The notes beneath the pieces were generated by a model that saw only the letters and a program-made list of their open reading frames with translations, ran no database searches and was not told the DNA's origin. Below, piece after piece: positions 18,194-31,400 of a stretch of 64,000 nucleotides of DNA. Position numbers and translations under genes: made by a program. The stretch comes from Phoronis australis (Eukaryota > Animalia > Phoronida), in the NCBI GenBank assembly GCA_002633005.1, contig NMRA01000579.1:62001-126000 (forward strand), read 5' to 3'. Every line of letters begins with the position of its first letter. Position 1 is the stretch's first letter.

Positions 18194-19093
18194 GGTTACA
18201 TGTCACTATTCCGAATGTTCATCACTCCGAAAGTCCACTACTCCGAAGTTACTGCGAAGATTCGCTACCTTCGAAAGTTCACTCTACTTCGAATATCCAC
18301 AATTAGAAACCAAAACTCCGACAGTTCATTACTCTACCTTGTCTGCTAACGAGTCGGAACTGACCTGAGAAAAGTATTGTATTTGTGCCCATTTAGCCAC
18401 TATTTAAAGTGTGTACAAAAGTCGAATAGTTCTTAAAACATTAATTACATTGTTTACACGAGCTCAGTTCCAATCATTGTCAATCGTAAATATTCAATCT
18501 AACTAACGACTCATTCAGTTTCAGGGACAGCATCAGGTCAGGACTTCAGCGACCAATAGCGGCGGTTTTAAATTTAAGACGACTGAATGGGACTCTTCGA
18601 CTTCGTGAAGACTTGCAGGGACAGGGTAGCCTACTAACTACGTTTAGTTTCGACCCGGCCATGCGCGTGGTTCCGATGGCTGATTTTGAGGGGCAGCAGC
18701 CCTAAACTGGCTCAGTCACGCTGTGAAATGATGCGACCTTGTATGGATTTGATGAATGTATCGTGGTTGATAATTCATCAATATTCCTACTTCATATATT
18801 TTTTTTTCAAATTCAAGTACGTACTCATGTTCCGTATTCGAAAGACATGCGGGCAATTTCCCATGCGCATAAAATCCGGGCGATGCTTGAGCATAGGTAC
18901 GCCACCTAGTGCATCTAATAACCGAAGTGTAGTTTATTTCTGCAGGTAAAAGGGGATGTCTGATACACCCAAGTCCGAAATTTTAGATCTTTCCGGAGTA
19001 GTGAACCTTCGGAATAGTGAACCTTCAATGTAGTGAACCTTCGGAATAGTGAACCTTCAGAGTAATGAACCTTTGAAATACTGGGCTGTTCCC
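18194..19093. mobile_element. Foldback/MULE-like non-autonomous element with 16-bp subterminal repeats
   Basis: Left arm has degenerate CACTA(T/C)TCCGAAGGTT units (18200-18340); right arm has inverted AACCTTCGGAATAGTG units (18995-19080). GG...CC ends; flanking ATTTCCAT / ATTTCCAG (8-bp TSD with one mismatch). Confidence 0.7.
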
Positions 19094-19645
19094 ATTTCCA
19101 GTGATGTAAGCAAAGTTAAGTAACACGCAAAATACAACCAGATCAAAATATTCAAGTCGATCATGCTTCGATTAAATATTTCAGACCGAGTATGTAATGA
19201 GATATAACTCATTTAAGCACGTCCGGTTTGAAAGTTTGGCAGGGGGTAATGCGGGGACATTCTCTTTCTGGACCATATTACATCCGAATTTGGGCCCCGT
19301 CCTTTGTGAGCAACCGCCAGGGCATCCTCATTTCTGGTATTACGAATTCCGTCTGATCAGTTGGGAACATAAAGCTGAGAGTCGTCGTTGTGTGTATAGA
19401 TTTCCCTCCCCGTAGTGAAGCTGCGTCAAGGGCCTTACCGAAAACTCTACAGTGTTGACCTTTGCAAAATATCCGCAAAGATCCACCGTTCCAGAAATTC
19501 GAACTACCCCCTGCGCAATGCTGGCTACGGCCTGTTTGCCAATTACTAAAACACGCAAATGTCAATCTTCTGTGGGCAACTCGGAACATTCACGCGCACG
19601 CTATCAAACTTGCTCCTTCGTTTGTTCAAATGTATCGCAATGTGA

Positions 19646-19771
19646 NNNNNNNNNNNNNNNNNNNNNNNNNNNNNNNNNNNNNNNNNNNNNNNNNNNNNNN
19701 NNNNNNNNNNNNNNNNNNNNNNNNNNNNNNNNNNNNNNNNNNNNNNNNNNNNNNNNNNNNNNNNNNNNNNN
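19646..19771. other. Assembly gap
   Basis: Run of N. Confidence 0.98.
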
Positions 19772-20519
19772 AAATAAGTTTCCACGGGCAGGGGGGAGTT
19801 TTTGTGCAATGAATGTGGAGGACAAGGTCCCGTCGCACCCCTCCCCCGCGAATGGGCCAGTGCCTGTAAGAGTCGTTTCAAATACTGCTGGCTTGTCACG
19901 GCAGGTTTGTTTCAGTTGTTGAACCAGTTTGACCCGGCTTCCGACGGAATAGCAATTTCAATTTAAACAAATGATGAGAACGTGAAAAACACGAAAAATT
20001 ACTCAAATTTGATGTTTTTACACCAGAACATGGTTTGAAGAAGTTTGATAATTCCGTTAATTCACATTGTTTACCGTGAAATATATTTTGATACGAAATT
20101 TTCTGACAAATTAACAAACGCACGGGAGATAAAACGTTGATAGTGACGTTTTAGCCATGCCGCCCCATTTCGTAACTTTTATAATTGACTTGTTAGTTTG
20201 ATAGTTTATAATTAGAATTAAGACGCTTTAAATGAATGAATAGATATTTTTACTGTGGACTTTACAGTTGGCAATATACAGAATAGTCCTACCGTACAAA
20301 AATAGAGTAATCTAAAAAATCTGACACTAACATTTTTTTTAGTGTCAGCTAAAAAGACTAAAAACAAAACTACAGTAAAAAATGAATTCATAAATCTTTT
20401 CAATGTTGGCTACATTCTATGAATTAATGAACATAAAACATCTCAAGAAGCGAGTGTTCAATAACTGTAGACAGCTATCTAAACTTTTGATGAACTGTAG
20501 ACCCACGAACCTTTCTTAG

Positions 20520-20860
20520 TTCTCGGGGTTGTCTCTGTTTAGACTTCGCGCTCAGCCGACAGGTGTTCGCGCATGCGTATCTACACACAAGTCAGTCTGC
20601 CGTAAACAGTCAGCAAAGCGGAATGTAACGCAAGTTGGTAAAGATTTCGAGATGTTTTCGCCACTCCTTTGAGTTAAAGTTTCTTCTTAAGGTTTGTTTT
20701 CGCGCTTATATATCTGTTTTTGTGCCCACAATTATCTCGTGAATGTTTTTTCCTTTTGTTTAATAGCCGAAAGCGAACAGTGTTGTTTCTGTGTGGTCGC
20801 TTGACCTGCCGAGTGCAGACAGAAAAATTATGAGCAAACGCTCTGCTTGACAGGTGGGCT
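20520..20860 (+). promoter_or_regulatory. Candidate promoter and non-coding 5' exon(s) of the FERM gene
   Basis: Locally CpG-rich; NRF1-type CGCGCATGCG at 20568-20577; possible donors after 20691 (AAG/GTTTGT) and 20853 (CAG/GTGGGC). The ATG-containing exon has its own acceptor (TTTTCTTGTGGACAG, ending 22416), which implies an upstream exon. Confidence 0.5.
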
Positions 20861-22477
20861 ATTTTACTGTCGTTTTTGCAGGTAGACTTTTATGCCTTTT
20901 TGGTCGTATAATTATGCGTTGGATTTTTGATTAGAGTATTTGGTTGTCCCTGATTTTGAAAATATGAATGTCACGCGTTTATTTGGCAAGTGTAGGCCTA
21001 GCTATAATAAGCATAGCCTGGCATACTAGCAATTAGCAAATTTGTTTTGTTTTCAAATCAGAGACCTGTAAAGGTAACCAATTACTTCATTCCTGAAACC
21101 AAACATATTTAGGGGGGTCTAAATACACTGATAGAGAAATCCTTCTTTTTAATTGTCCAAATTGTCTGGAGGAGAACTGGAGGAGAAACCTACCGTCACT
21201 GCAGTGTTGTGACTCATTGTGATTTCGAGGTGTGACGTATAGTCGTATAAAGGCCTCTTCAAATCGCTTGCCAACGAGCGACTGCCTACTGGCTGAGGGG
21301 CTTGGATGCTCTACTCGCACTCCAGTCGCCTGGGCTCTAGTGAAGAGGTGGATTTTTCGTTTACTCTTTAGCCATCTGAATAATCCTGTGTCAATTGAAA
21401 ATCGGACATAATTCTTCAAACTCCAGTTCAAAAGGGTAATGGTTAAGGTCAAGGTTAGGGATGTGCTTTAGTTCAGGAATTAAGGTTACAATTAAGTTTT
21501 GTTGTGCCGTGACATTCGAGATCCATTACACTCTCTTGCTTCTGAGGTACAAAAGTATGTGAGACTATGTACGTTGACATGAGGTGGCCATAGCTTCCCC
21601 CCCTCTTGCCACAAATTCCAAATAGTTTCCCTCTGTGGCCCCTTTTGTATGCTTCACCCTGAGACACTTCCCCATTGTAGGAAAATCCACAGGAGTGAAG
21701 CTGATTTTGAAACCTGGTCGTTGGTGGGTTTTCTTGTGTCTGGGCTGGTCGACCAGAGAGCAGCAGCTTCCCCCTGGTGGCGAACCATTTGGCCAACATC
21801 TCTATTTGTAGCCCTTTTTATATACTGTCACTGTTTATTTCACTTCTATCACATTCATTTTACCTAGCACTTGAGGATGAGACATATGCTCATGAAATAT
21901 AGAGCTTTGCTATTTGAACTTGTTTGTTGGCAATGTCTATTGAAAAGTTGCTTTACAAATGCACACTGCCTCGTGCGCATCTTTTAAAACACTAAAACAC
22001 ATTACTCCTCCGAAAATGCAAGATTCTTGACTTACAGCCAGTCGGGTAAAACATGACTGATCTTATTTCCATTGCCCTTGGAGTTACTGTTTCATATATG
22101 TTACCACTTCAATTACACTAAGTCTGCTGGGCCCAAAGGACACAGGCTCAAGCCTGATCAGGAATATCCCTGTGAGTGAGAACGAGTATACATCAAGCTG
22201 CCCAACGGAAAGTGCAGTCGCGTTTTCAATCAAGTTTTTGTTAAAGTTTATATTTCAATATAAACTTAAGCATTTGGTTTGCAGATCACGAATCAATGAA
22301 CAAGGGGCTCAATGATCTTAATCACAAGAGATAATGTACTGTTCATTTCAAATCCTGATTGTTTGGTCTCAATGCAATTTGGATCTAATATTTAACCAAA
22401 CTTTTCTTGTGGACAGTTGGAGTATCTCCGTCACCTTGCCAGATAGTGACCAGGTGTTGGCACTATTATTTTTGGAC

Positions 22478-25400
22478 ATGTCGTGCTTTGGAGACAAGCC
22501 TAAAGAATGTGTGTGCAAGATTTACCTGCTGGATGACACGTCGTACAATCTCACCTGCAAGGTAAGTGAAAAGATGTTCAACAATGTAACTAGCCGTCGC
22601 AACTGGATCAACAATAGATATCCAGGCTTGCAAAAATAGGGTGTTCAAAATAAGGTTTCCTAGTCTGGGCGTCCATGATCAAGGAGGCGTGACTGTGTTT
22701 TATGACCATAAGCCAAATTGTTGTTAAATTGTAGTATGTTACCATGGAGACATGAGTCTACAAAAAAGTTCACCCAACCTTAAACCTTATCTTAACCAAC
22801 TTTTCATCGAATGGTACTGGCTATCCCTGAGCTGGTGTTACCACGTTGGATGATGCACCGATGCTTATTTGCTTATGACAATTCTCTACTTATTTCGCAC
22901 AATTTGCCATTTTCTATTTTTCAAATGCCAATTACCTTATTACAAATAATGAAGACTTCACCAAATCTGGTATTATGACATCTACATACTTCAAACCATG
23001 CTGGTAACTGGCTAAAATTTTCTAAATATGTATTTTGTGAGACAGATTTGACAAACATAACATCACTTGTTGGCCATATTGCTTGAAAAACAAGTGAAGA
23101 TTTCTGTACTAGGTAGGGTGTCTGAATTTGAGTCCGGATGACACCTGCTAGATGAAAGCCTGATAACGACATGGACCAAGCATCTGATTATGTGAATTCT
23201 TAGCAGTTCGCATGAGCTTCCGGGTCAAATTACTTGGTGTCACTTTGAATGGGGGTAATTAAGAATTGTCATCTCACGTTGAAATTCTCTGCTGTGTACA
23301 CCATTTCTGGCCACCTTTATATAATGACCTACCTTAGGTGTTCATTTTCTTTCTTGAATAAAATAAATTTAGTTAACCAAGTGGCTGATATTCTATCTAG
23401 ATTATTTTTATTTCTTGAACAGGTGGTCACATGTGTGCAAAACTTTTGAACTTTACTATCTTCCGAAAAGGATTGTATTACCGTGATGTCTATTTTTACT
23501 TTTTGTGAATGTTACTCAGTCATGCTTATTGGTGCAACCTAATTATTCAAAGACGCGTTGCATAACATGTTTTCTTAGCAAAATGCCTTCTGGGCTTGTT
23601 TTTCTAAATTCTGTTTGTAGACAAAACTCAAGCTTGTTTGGTGTTGATCTTGTGGTGCTAGCTTGTAAGAAATCGGAATTGTCCAGAGGGAGTGTTTTGG
23701 CGGATTAGTTCTATCCCCAATGATATGTGTGGGATTTATATAATTGATTATAATTGATGGATTTAGAACCCACCATATGCCCTCCAGCCTACAGCAGGCC
23801 TTATTCGGGGTTAGATTTGTAGTAGGTTGGTTATAGGCTATTGTAGATTTTTAATGCGTGATTTTTAATATACTCAGAATGGCATTTTTAAGTTGAAAAT
23901 TAATCATTTTATAGTACATTATTTTGTAAGCAATTTGGAATTTTTCGAAGCGTTACACTTTGCAGTGTTTTTACCAGGATTGAAGTTGGGTGCATTGGGA
24001 ATAACAGAATGCTGTCGATATCAATGTTCAGTTAAGTCCCATAGAGGAGACATGGTGTTCATTGTTTTTTGGTTCATATTTTTTGTTAATAATTAGATTT
24101 TAATTAGGTTCTAATTTTGATAAAAATGGCAAAATTCTGACTGAAGGGGGCGCTATTCTAAGGAATGTGGCTGTGGTGATTCAACGTTTTACAACTGACA
24201 CCACTTAAAAGCAATGTATAGTCACGATTGATAAAAAATTGAGCTCTGTAATCAAATTTGAGTGTAGGGTTTCAAAATTTGAGCATGGTGTCTCGACAAG
24301 CTTTTTGAACTGCAGTGTAATTAGACATAGATTTGTTTTAAAGTACAAGACGTCGTAAGTCCTCATCAAACAATTGCAAGGATTGACAGACTAAAAATAT
24401 ACCAGCATGTTTTTGCGTTCTCTATAAATATTGGTATAACTTGTTTACAATGTGGGTAACATAATTACTTAGTGAAGTAAATTGCAATTACATTACTCTG
24501 TCATGAAGTTTTCTTGCTTGATTGTATGTTTGTTTGCACTTCCTGTCTGATCAACATTAAATTGTTAAAAGCTCCAGACATGTTGTTTTTGGTTGAAATT
24601 GGATGTAAGATGGTGCTGTGGCAGCCATTTTTCAAATTTTCAACTTTTGAGGTATTCTTCTGAAATGTGGTATAAGAAGCCGATGTCATTTTTTCTTACA
24701 ACTTTCCATTCACAAGGTTTTCAAGACTCATGCGTGTTCTAAATATTTTTGCTCAAATTCTTTCTTATAATAACAATGCAAAGTAATTAATTATTAAGTT
24801 GGTCACTGAGGTGCATTCCACTAAACAAATATTTTGTAGTAGTTTTTCATTCCAGCGGTCCGCCCTAAGGCGGTGATATTGTTCTCCATCAAGGCTACAG
24901 TTCTCTGGATTTCTGTTTTTGTGATGTTTTGGTAACCAACACTGTGACTGGCTCAGTGATTGAACTTGCATTTTTCCATTCACTTTTTGTACTATAATGT
25001 GTGTATTAATAAGTAGATCAAGTAACCGTGTTTGTGAAAACAGCGAGGCCCATTTGTCACTCTGTGTGTCCAGTAGAATGTAATTTCAGTGGTTCACCTG
25101 TGGTAATTTTTAGCCAAGATCTTTCTTTGTTCCCTGGTATTGATCAGTTTGGGCAGTGGATCCAATGTTGTCAACAACCTGAGTGTTGTATCAAAGCTGT
25201 TGGTTCTACTGAAAGAACAGTTTAGCTTTCTAAACAGACGGCTTTCATCACTTATCCAATCTTCTGGTGGTTGTATGAATGAGTATTCACACTTCACACA
25301 CAAGAGGTTCAGAATTAATGAGCCTTGGACAAGGGTGAGAACAAGGTGATACAATTTTGTCTGCACTGGGGAAAAAGTAGCGAATTGCACTTCACTTTAT

Positions 25401-28400
25401 GAGTGTTTTATACACCTGTGGGAAAATGACAGGTAGGAGAGTTTCGACTACTTGTTGGGAAGAAGCCTGGATTTGAAAAAATCTTGAAAAATGACAAATG
25501 AAATTATGATTATTTACCCGCTAAATGAAAAACGACGAATGAAATAACGGTTATTTATCCACAAAATGAAAACTGATAATATTAACTTACAGGGGTCTAG
25601 CAGTTTTCTTTAGATTGAATCACGGGCATCTGTAATTGTTTCTCAGAATGTAAAATCCTGGAACCCTGTTGAAATATCATTTATAATTTAGACCCATTTT
25701 GCACGTTGTTCATGTTGCATAATTGGTCTAAAATAGGACCGACAAAATACTAGCTTTGGCTGGCTGGCCTTTATACATACACACATACCATATGTGTACT
25801 ACAAACTGCTATCCCAATATATACGAACAATTTGCGGGTGATTCACTAAATATTGCTTATATTGAATGTATGCTTCACAGGTCTCAGAAGCGAATCGCCA
25901 GTTTTTGGTGTCAACAATATCTTTTTGGTTTGTAGTTTGTGCGGTTCAGGAAAACTATGATACTGGTTGAAGTTTCTTTCCTTCGCGAGGTTACGCACGC
26001 GACAGGCCTTCCGTATGCCTTCCCTCTCCCTAACGCTGTGTATGTTGATTGTGTGGCATGTTGTCACACCTGTGCCTGACCTTTCACCTTTAGGTTATCA
26101 CGCTGTATCAATAGACTTATTATATAGTGATTGGTCTTTCTCTGAGATCTGACTTCACTATGAATTATTATATTTCAAGATTTCTCGGGCAGGTGTGCCT
26201 GTTTTTTTTCCTGAAATTGTCCAGTTTCAATTTTCACTTTTTGAAAAAAATTGACACTGGATTCCACCGATACTGTACCTGTGTCCGTAATGGTTTAAAT
26301 TACAGAAATCGTTTTTCTATTTTTTCGAAAGGTTGATGATCTGACTATAAATAATAAAAGCTTGATACTAAATATTTTATGACACCTACTAAGTGGAAAC
26401 ACCAAGCTAATAATAGCCTTTAAAAATTTGTTAATCTTTGCGTTTTAGAAAATTTTGATAAAGTGAAATTTCACTTATCAGCCATGTTGTGTGAGTGACA
26501 AAAACTCACACACAAGTAGTGACCTTGGTCTTCTACTCCTCTGAGAGTACCACGTCATTTATTGAAGAAATGTGGACCTACTGATATTGCATTATATGAC
26601 TGCAATCTATATCAACCATATGCGAATAGATACTATTCCATTATGTGACTGCAATCTATATCAACCATATGCGAATAGATACTATTGCATTATGTGACTG
26701 CAATCTATATCAACCATATACGAATAGATACTATTGCATTATGTGACTGCAATCTATATCAACCATATGCGAATAGATACTATTGCATTATGTGACTGCA
26801 ATCTATATCAACCATATGCGAATAGATACTATTGCATTATGTGACTGCAATCTATATCAACCATATGCGAATAGATACTATTGCATTATGTGACTGCAAT
26901 CTATATCAACCATATACGAATAGATACTATTGCATTATGTGACTGCAATCTATATCAACCATATGCGAATAGATACTACTTGTTTGACCGACAGAGTCCT
27001 ACTCTGGGGGATTCACTAAAAGTCACAATTTAGACATTTTTACACAGATTCCAAACAAATACTTGATCATTCATGTACTTTTCAGTGTAAAGTAATTTTA
27101 GAAAGTTAAGACATTTTAGTGAAGTAAGTCTCTGAGGCACTTTGGTCATCATGGGTATCTGTTACAGTTCCTAATCATGGCTGTGTCCCAGGTGAGACAT
27201 AATGAGATCATAATACAGGTATATCCCAGGTGAGTTCTCCTGTGGAATGTTCACGCATTACCCATTACCAGCTCTGCTGCAGGTAAATCGCTGCAGTGAT
27301 GTCGACACCTTGTTTCACTGCGTGGTTAACCAATGAAATCGCTACGTATGTGGTGTTAAACATATCAAAAATATGTTGATGGCGATGTGAATTTTCACCA
27401 GTTTGGCTTACAACTTACATCAGAGTTGTGTTTTATTTTGTAGAAGGAAAGCTGTAGAAAAATACAGTTTTGTAATGAAATAATGTGCTGGGACCCTAGA
27501 AAAATTCAATTCCAAATTTAGCCGAGCTAATTTCGTCACAACATATCTCAGGAACGGCTGGTCAGCTTCTTATAAAACTTTCTAATACTATGTTTGATAT
27601 GCTTAAAGGAATGTTCCACTTTTGCTACAAAAATAGGACTTTCAGAAAATATGTACTTTTACCGAGTTAATGATCCATACTTTCGTAGATATTCGGCTAA
27701 ATAAACAAACCTGCCCTGCGTAACCCTGGGAAAATAACAGATCATAAATGGCACGATTCTTTTTTGGATAATAGTCGAATTTAATGTGCCTGCGTTTTGA
27801 GAAGCATTTTTTCCACTGAATAATGCATAAGGAGATCCAGCGGGGGTCAAGGCGGTTCGGACCCCTTCTTTTTCCCTTGGTTTTCGTGATATCAAATCTA
27901 GAATTTTCAAATTGTTGACTTAGGCATCCCTTTTTTAAAAAAATCCTCGATCTGACTCTGCTTTTGAAAACCCTGGATCTGCCCCTGTAATGGGCATCGA
28001 ACTCAGGTTCTCAAAATGTGGGCACGTTTTATCCGACTATTGCTATTGTGTGAGGGAGTCTGGTTCCTGGCAAAAGCAGATTTTACATGTTAATCATGGT
28101 CAACAAGATTACTTCATTAAGTTTTTATCTCTCCCTTGTGTGGAGTAATGCTATTTTAATTAAGCTATGCGATATGTGTACATGTTATGTTCTCAACAGA
28201 TGTGCCCATCATATTGTCAGATCTCCTCTCACACTGGGAATTATCATTGGAACAAAGGCAATCACCGACTGTACGTTTGTCATGTACAAGTTGTCCTTGT
28301 TTATTGACTCAGGAATTGCAGTCACATAATCACTGATAAGGTCAATTAATCTGGTAGAGATCAGTCAATGTCACGTTTATGGACAGAATCAGGTTGGAAC

Positions 28401-31400
28401 AAATTTTTGTATTTGTCAGAGCCTTTGTGGTCTTTGTTTGAATAATTGTTAGAAAATTATTGGGTTATATTTGGAACTTGCTGGTGTTTTCTTAGGTGAG
28501 CCAAGAAAAAAAACAATCAGTATGTGCCAAAAATAACGCTTTCCTGGCATGGCGGGTATTGAATGGTCGTGAGACTGCAGAGCAAATCATTCTGGCTAAT
28601 CTGATTGTGAATTCCACTTCCACTCGGCCTTGATGAAGGGGAATTCCGCTTGCACTCAGTCGTCACATCACGGTATTGTGGGTCATATTGTCCGATTATT
28701 TTTGGCGTGTGTGATTGCTACATCTAGTGTCCTTGCGCATATTTCACACAATGTCCAAATTCGCAGACCTTTTTACAGTTTATCCAAATTTGAAAAGTTA
28801 ACCAACTGATGTAAAGGCAAATTTAACCAGAGTTTGTGATATTGTTGCCATTAATAATGTAAAACCTTAAAATTATGTTATCCAATTGTTGACTGGTAGA
28901 TGCAGTTTTATTCTTTCTGAAAAGTTAGTGCTGTGGTTTTACGACATCCTTAAGCTATCATACTTCACAATCTGTGGTGTGATAAATTGTCCATGTGGGC
29001 TGATATCTCAATAAAATGTAGTTAACCTAAAGGCGCAGGTCTGAGCTTGGTGGTAGGTACGCATCCTGGTGTAAAATTTGTCTTGAAGTGGAGCGTTCTC
29101 AGTTGGCTGAACATTTTGTCTGGTTTTCTGTGTTACAGCATACTGCAAACTCAGCCCCTGGTATATGCGATAATAAATCGTAGGTGATGGCTGAAATCAC
29201 TATCAACAGTTGTTGATTTAAACTTCAACATAGCCTGGCTACAGATATGCACCTGTGAGCGATCGTTTAAACGAAAAACAACATGTCTCTTTCTATACAG
29301 CTCTATATACACATGTATTTGCTGCACTTCAAAAGCACTGTTTGTCTTCTTTACAAGTTGGTATCATATACTAGCGCTTTGTGTGCACAACAAAACGTTT
29401 TCTGATTCAGTTTAGTTTTAATTGTTCGTTGGCAGTCTCACGGCTGGCTGAATTTCTAAAGTGAGACCTATCTGTTGGGGATTGGATCATACCAGTCTNC
29501 GACAGAGTCCTACACGGGGGGATTCACTAAAAGTCACAGTTTAGACATTTTTACACAGATTCCAAACAAATACTTGATCATTCATGTACTTTTCAGTGTA
29601 AAGTAATTTTAGAAAGTTAAGACATTTTAGTGAAGTAAGTCTCTGAGGCACTTTGGTCATCATGGGTATCTGTTACAGTTCCTAATCATGGCTGTGTCCC
29701 AGGTGAGACATAATGAGATCATAATACAGGTGTATCCCAGGTGAGTTCTCCTGTGGAATGTTCACGCATTACCCATTACCAGCTCTGCTGCAGGTAAATC
29801 GCTGCAGTGATGTCGACACCTTGTTTCACTGCATGGTTAACTAATGAAATCGCTACGTATGTGGTGTTAAACATATCAAAAATATGTTGATGGCGAGGTG
29901 AATTTTCACCAGTTTGGCTTACAACTTACATCAGAGTTGTGTTTTATTTTGTAGAACGAAAGCTGTAGAAAAATACAGTTTTGTAATGAAATAATGTGAT
30001 GGGACCCTAGAAAAATTCAATTCCAAATTTAGTCGTTGTCACAGCGTATCTCGGGAACGGCTGGTCAGCTTCTTATAAAACTTTCTAATACTATGTTTGA
30101 TGTGCTTAAAGGAATGTTCCACTTTTGCTACAAAAATAGGACTTTCAGAAAATATGTACTTTTACCGAGTTAATGGTCCATACTTTCGTAGATATTCGGC
30201 TAAATAAACAAACCTGCCCTGCGTAACCCTGGGAAAATAACAGATCATAAATGGCTCGATTCTTTTTTGGATAATAGTCGAATTTAATGTGCCTGCGTTT
30301 TGAGAAGCATTTTTTCCACTGAATAATGCATAAGGAGATCCAGCGGGGGTCAAGGCGGTTCGGACCCCCTCTTTTTCCCTTGGTTTTCGTGATATCAAAT
30401 CTAGAATTTTCAAATTGTTGACTTAGACATCCCTTTTTTTAAAAAAAATCTTCGATCTGACTCTGCTTTTGAAAACCCTGGATCTGCCCCTGTAATGGGC
30501 ATCGAACTCAGGTTCTCAAAATGTGGGCACGTTTTATCCGACCATTACCATTGTGTGAGGGAGTCTGGTTCCTGGCAAAAGCAGATTTTACATGTTAATC
30601 ATGGTCAACAGGATTACTTCATTAAGTTTTTATCTCTCCCTTGTGTGGAGTAATGCTGTTTTAATTAAGATATGCGATATGTGAACATGTTATGTTCTCA
30701 ACAGATGCGTCCATCATTGTCAGATCTCCTCTCGCACTGGGAATTATCATTGGAACAAAGGCAATCACCAACTATACTTTTGTCATGTAAATGTTGCCCT
30801 TGTCTATTGACTCAGGAATTGCAGTCACATAATCACTGATAAGGTCAATTAATCTTGTAGAGATCAGTCAATGTCACGTTTGTGGACAGAATCAGGTTGG
30901 AACAAATTTTTGTGGTCTTTGTGTTAGTGGATAAATTTATATTTTGAATAATTGTTAGAAAATTATTGGGTTATATTTGGAACTTGCTGGTGTTTTCTTA
31001 GGTGAGCCAAGAAAAAAAACAATCAGTATGTGCCAAAAATAACGCTTTCCTGGCGTGGCGGGTATTGAATGGTCGTGAGACTGCAGAGCAAATCATTCTG
31101 GCTAATCTGATTGTGAATTCCACTTCCTCTCGGCCTTGATGAAGGGGAATTCCGCTTGCACTCATTCGTCACATCACGGTATTGTGGGTCATATTGTCCG
31201 ATTATTTTTGGCGTGTGTGATTGCTACATCTAGTGTCCTTGCGCATATTTCACACAATGTCCAAGTTCGCAGACCTTTTTACAGTTTATCCAAATTTGAA
31301 AAGTTAACCAACTGATGTAAAGGCAAATTTAACCAGAGTTTGTGATATTGTTGACTTTAATAATGTAAAACCTTAAAATTATGTTATCCAATTGTTGACT

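Noticed and set aside
19452-19922. Longer ORFs of 70-156 aa
   Set aside because: They are open only because they read through the N gap.
26585-26978. Regular array with internal palindromes resembling a CRISPR array
   Set aside because: Units are contiguous with no unique spacers, there are no cas genes, and the context is a eukaryotic intron.
27659-30413. Twin 83-aa ORFs ([11 protein letters not shown]...)
   Set aside because: They result from the 2.5 kb duplication, overlap a GC-rich transposon remnant, begin at a non-ATG codon and show no recognisable domain.
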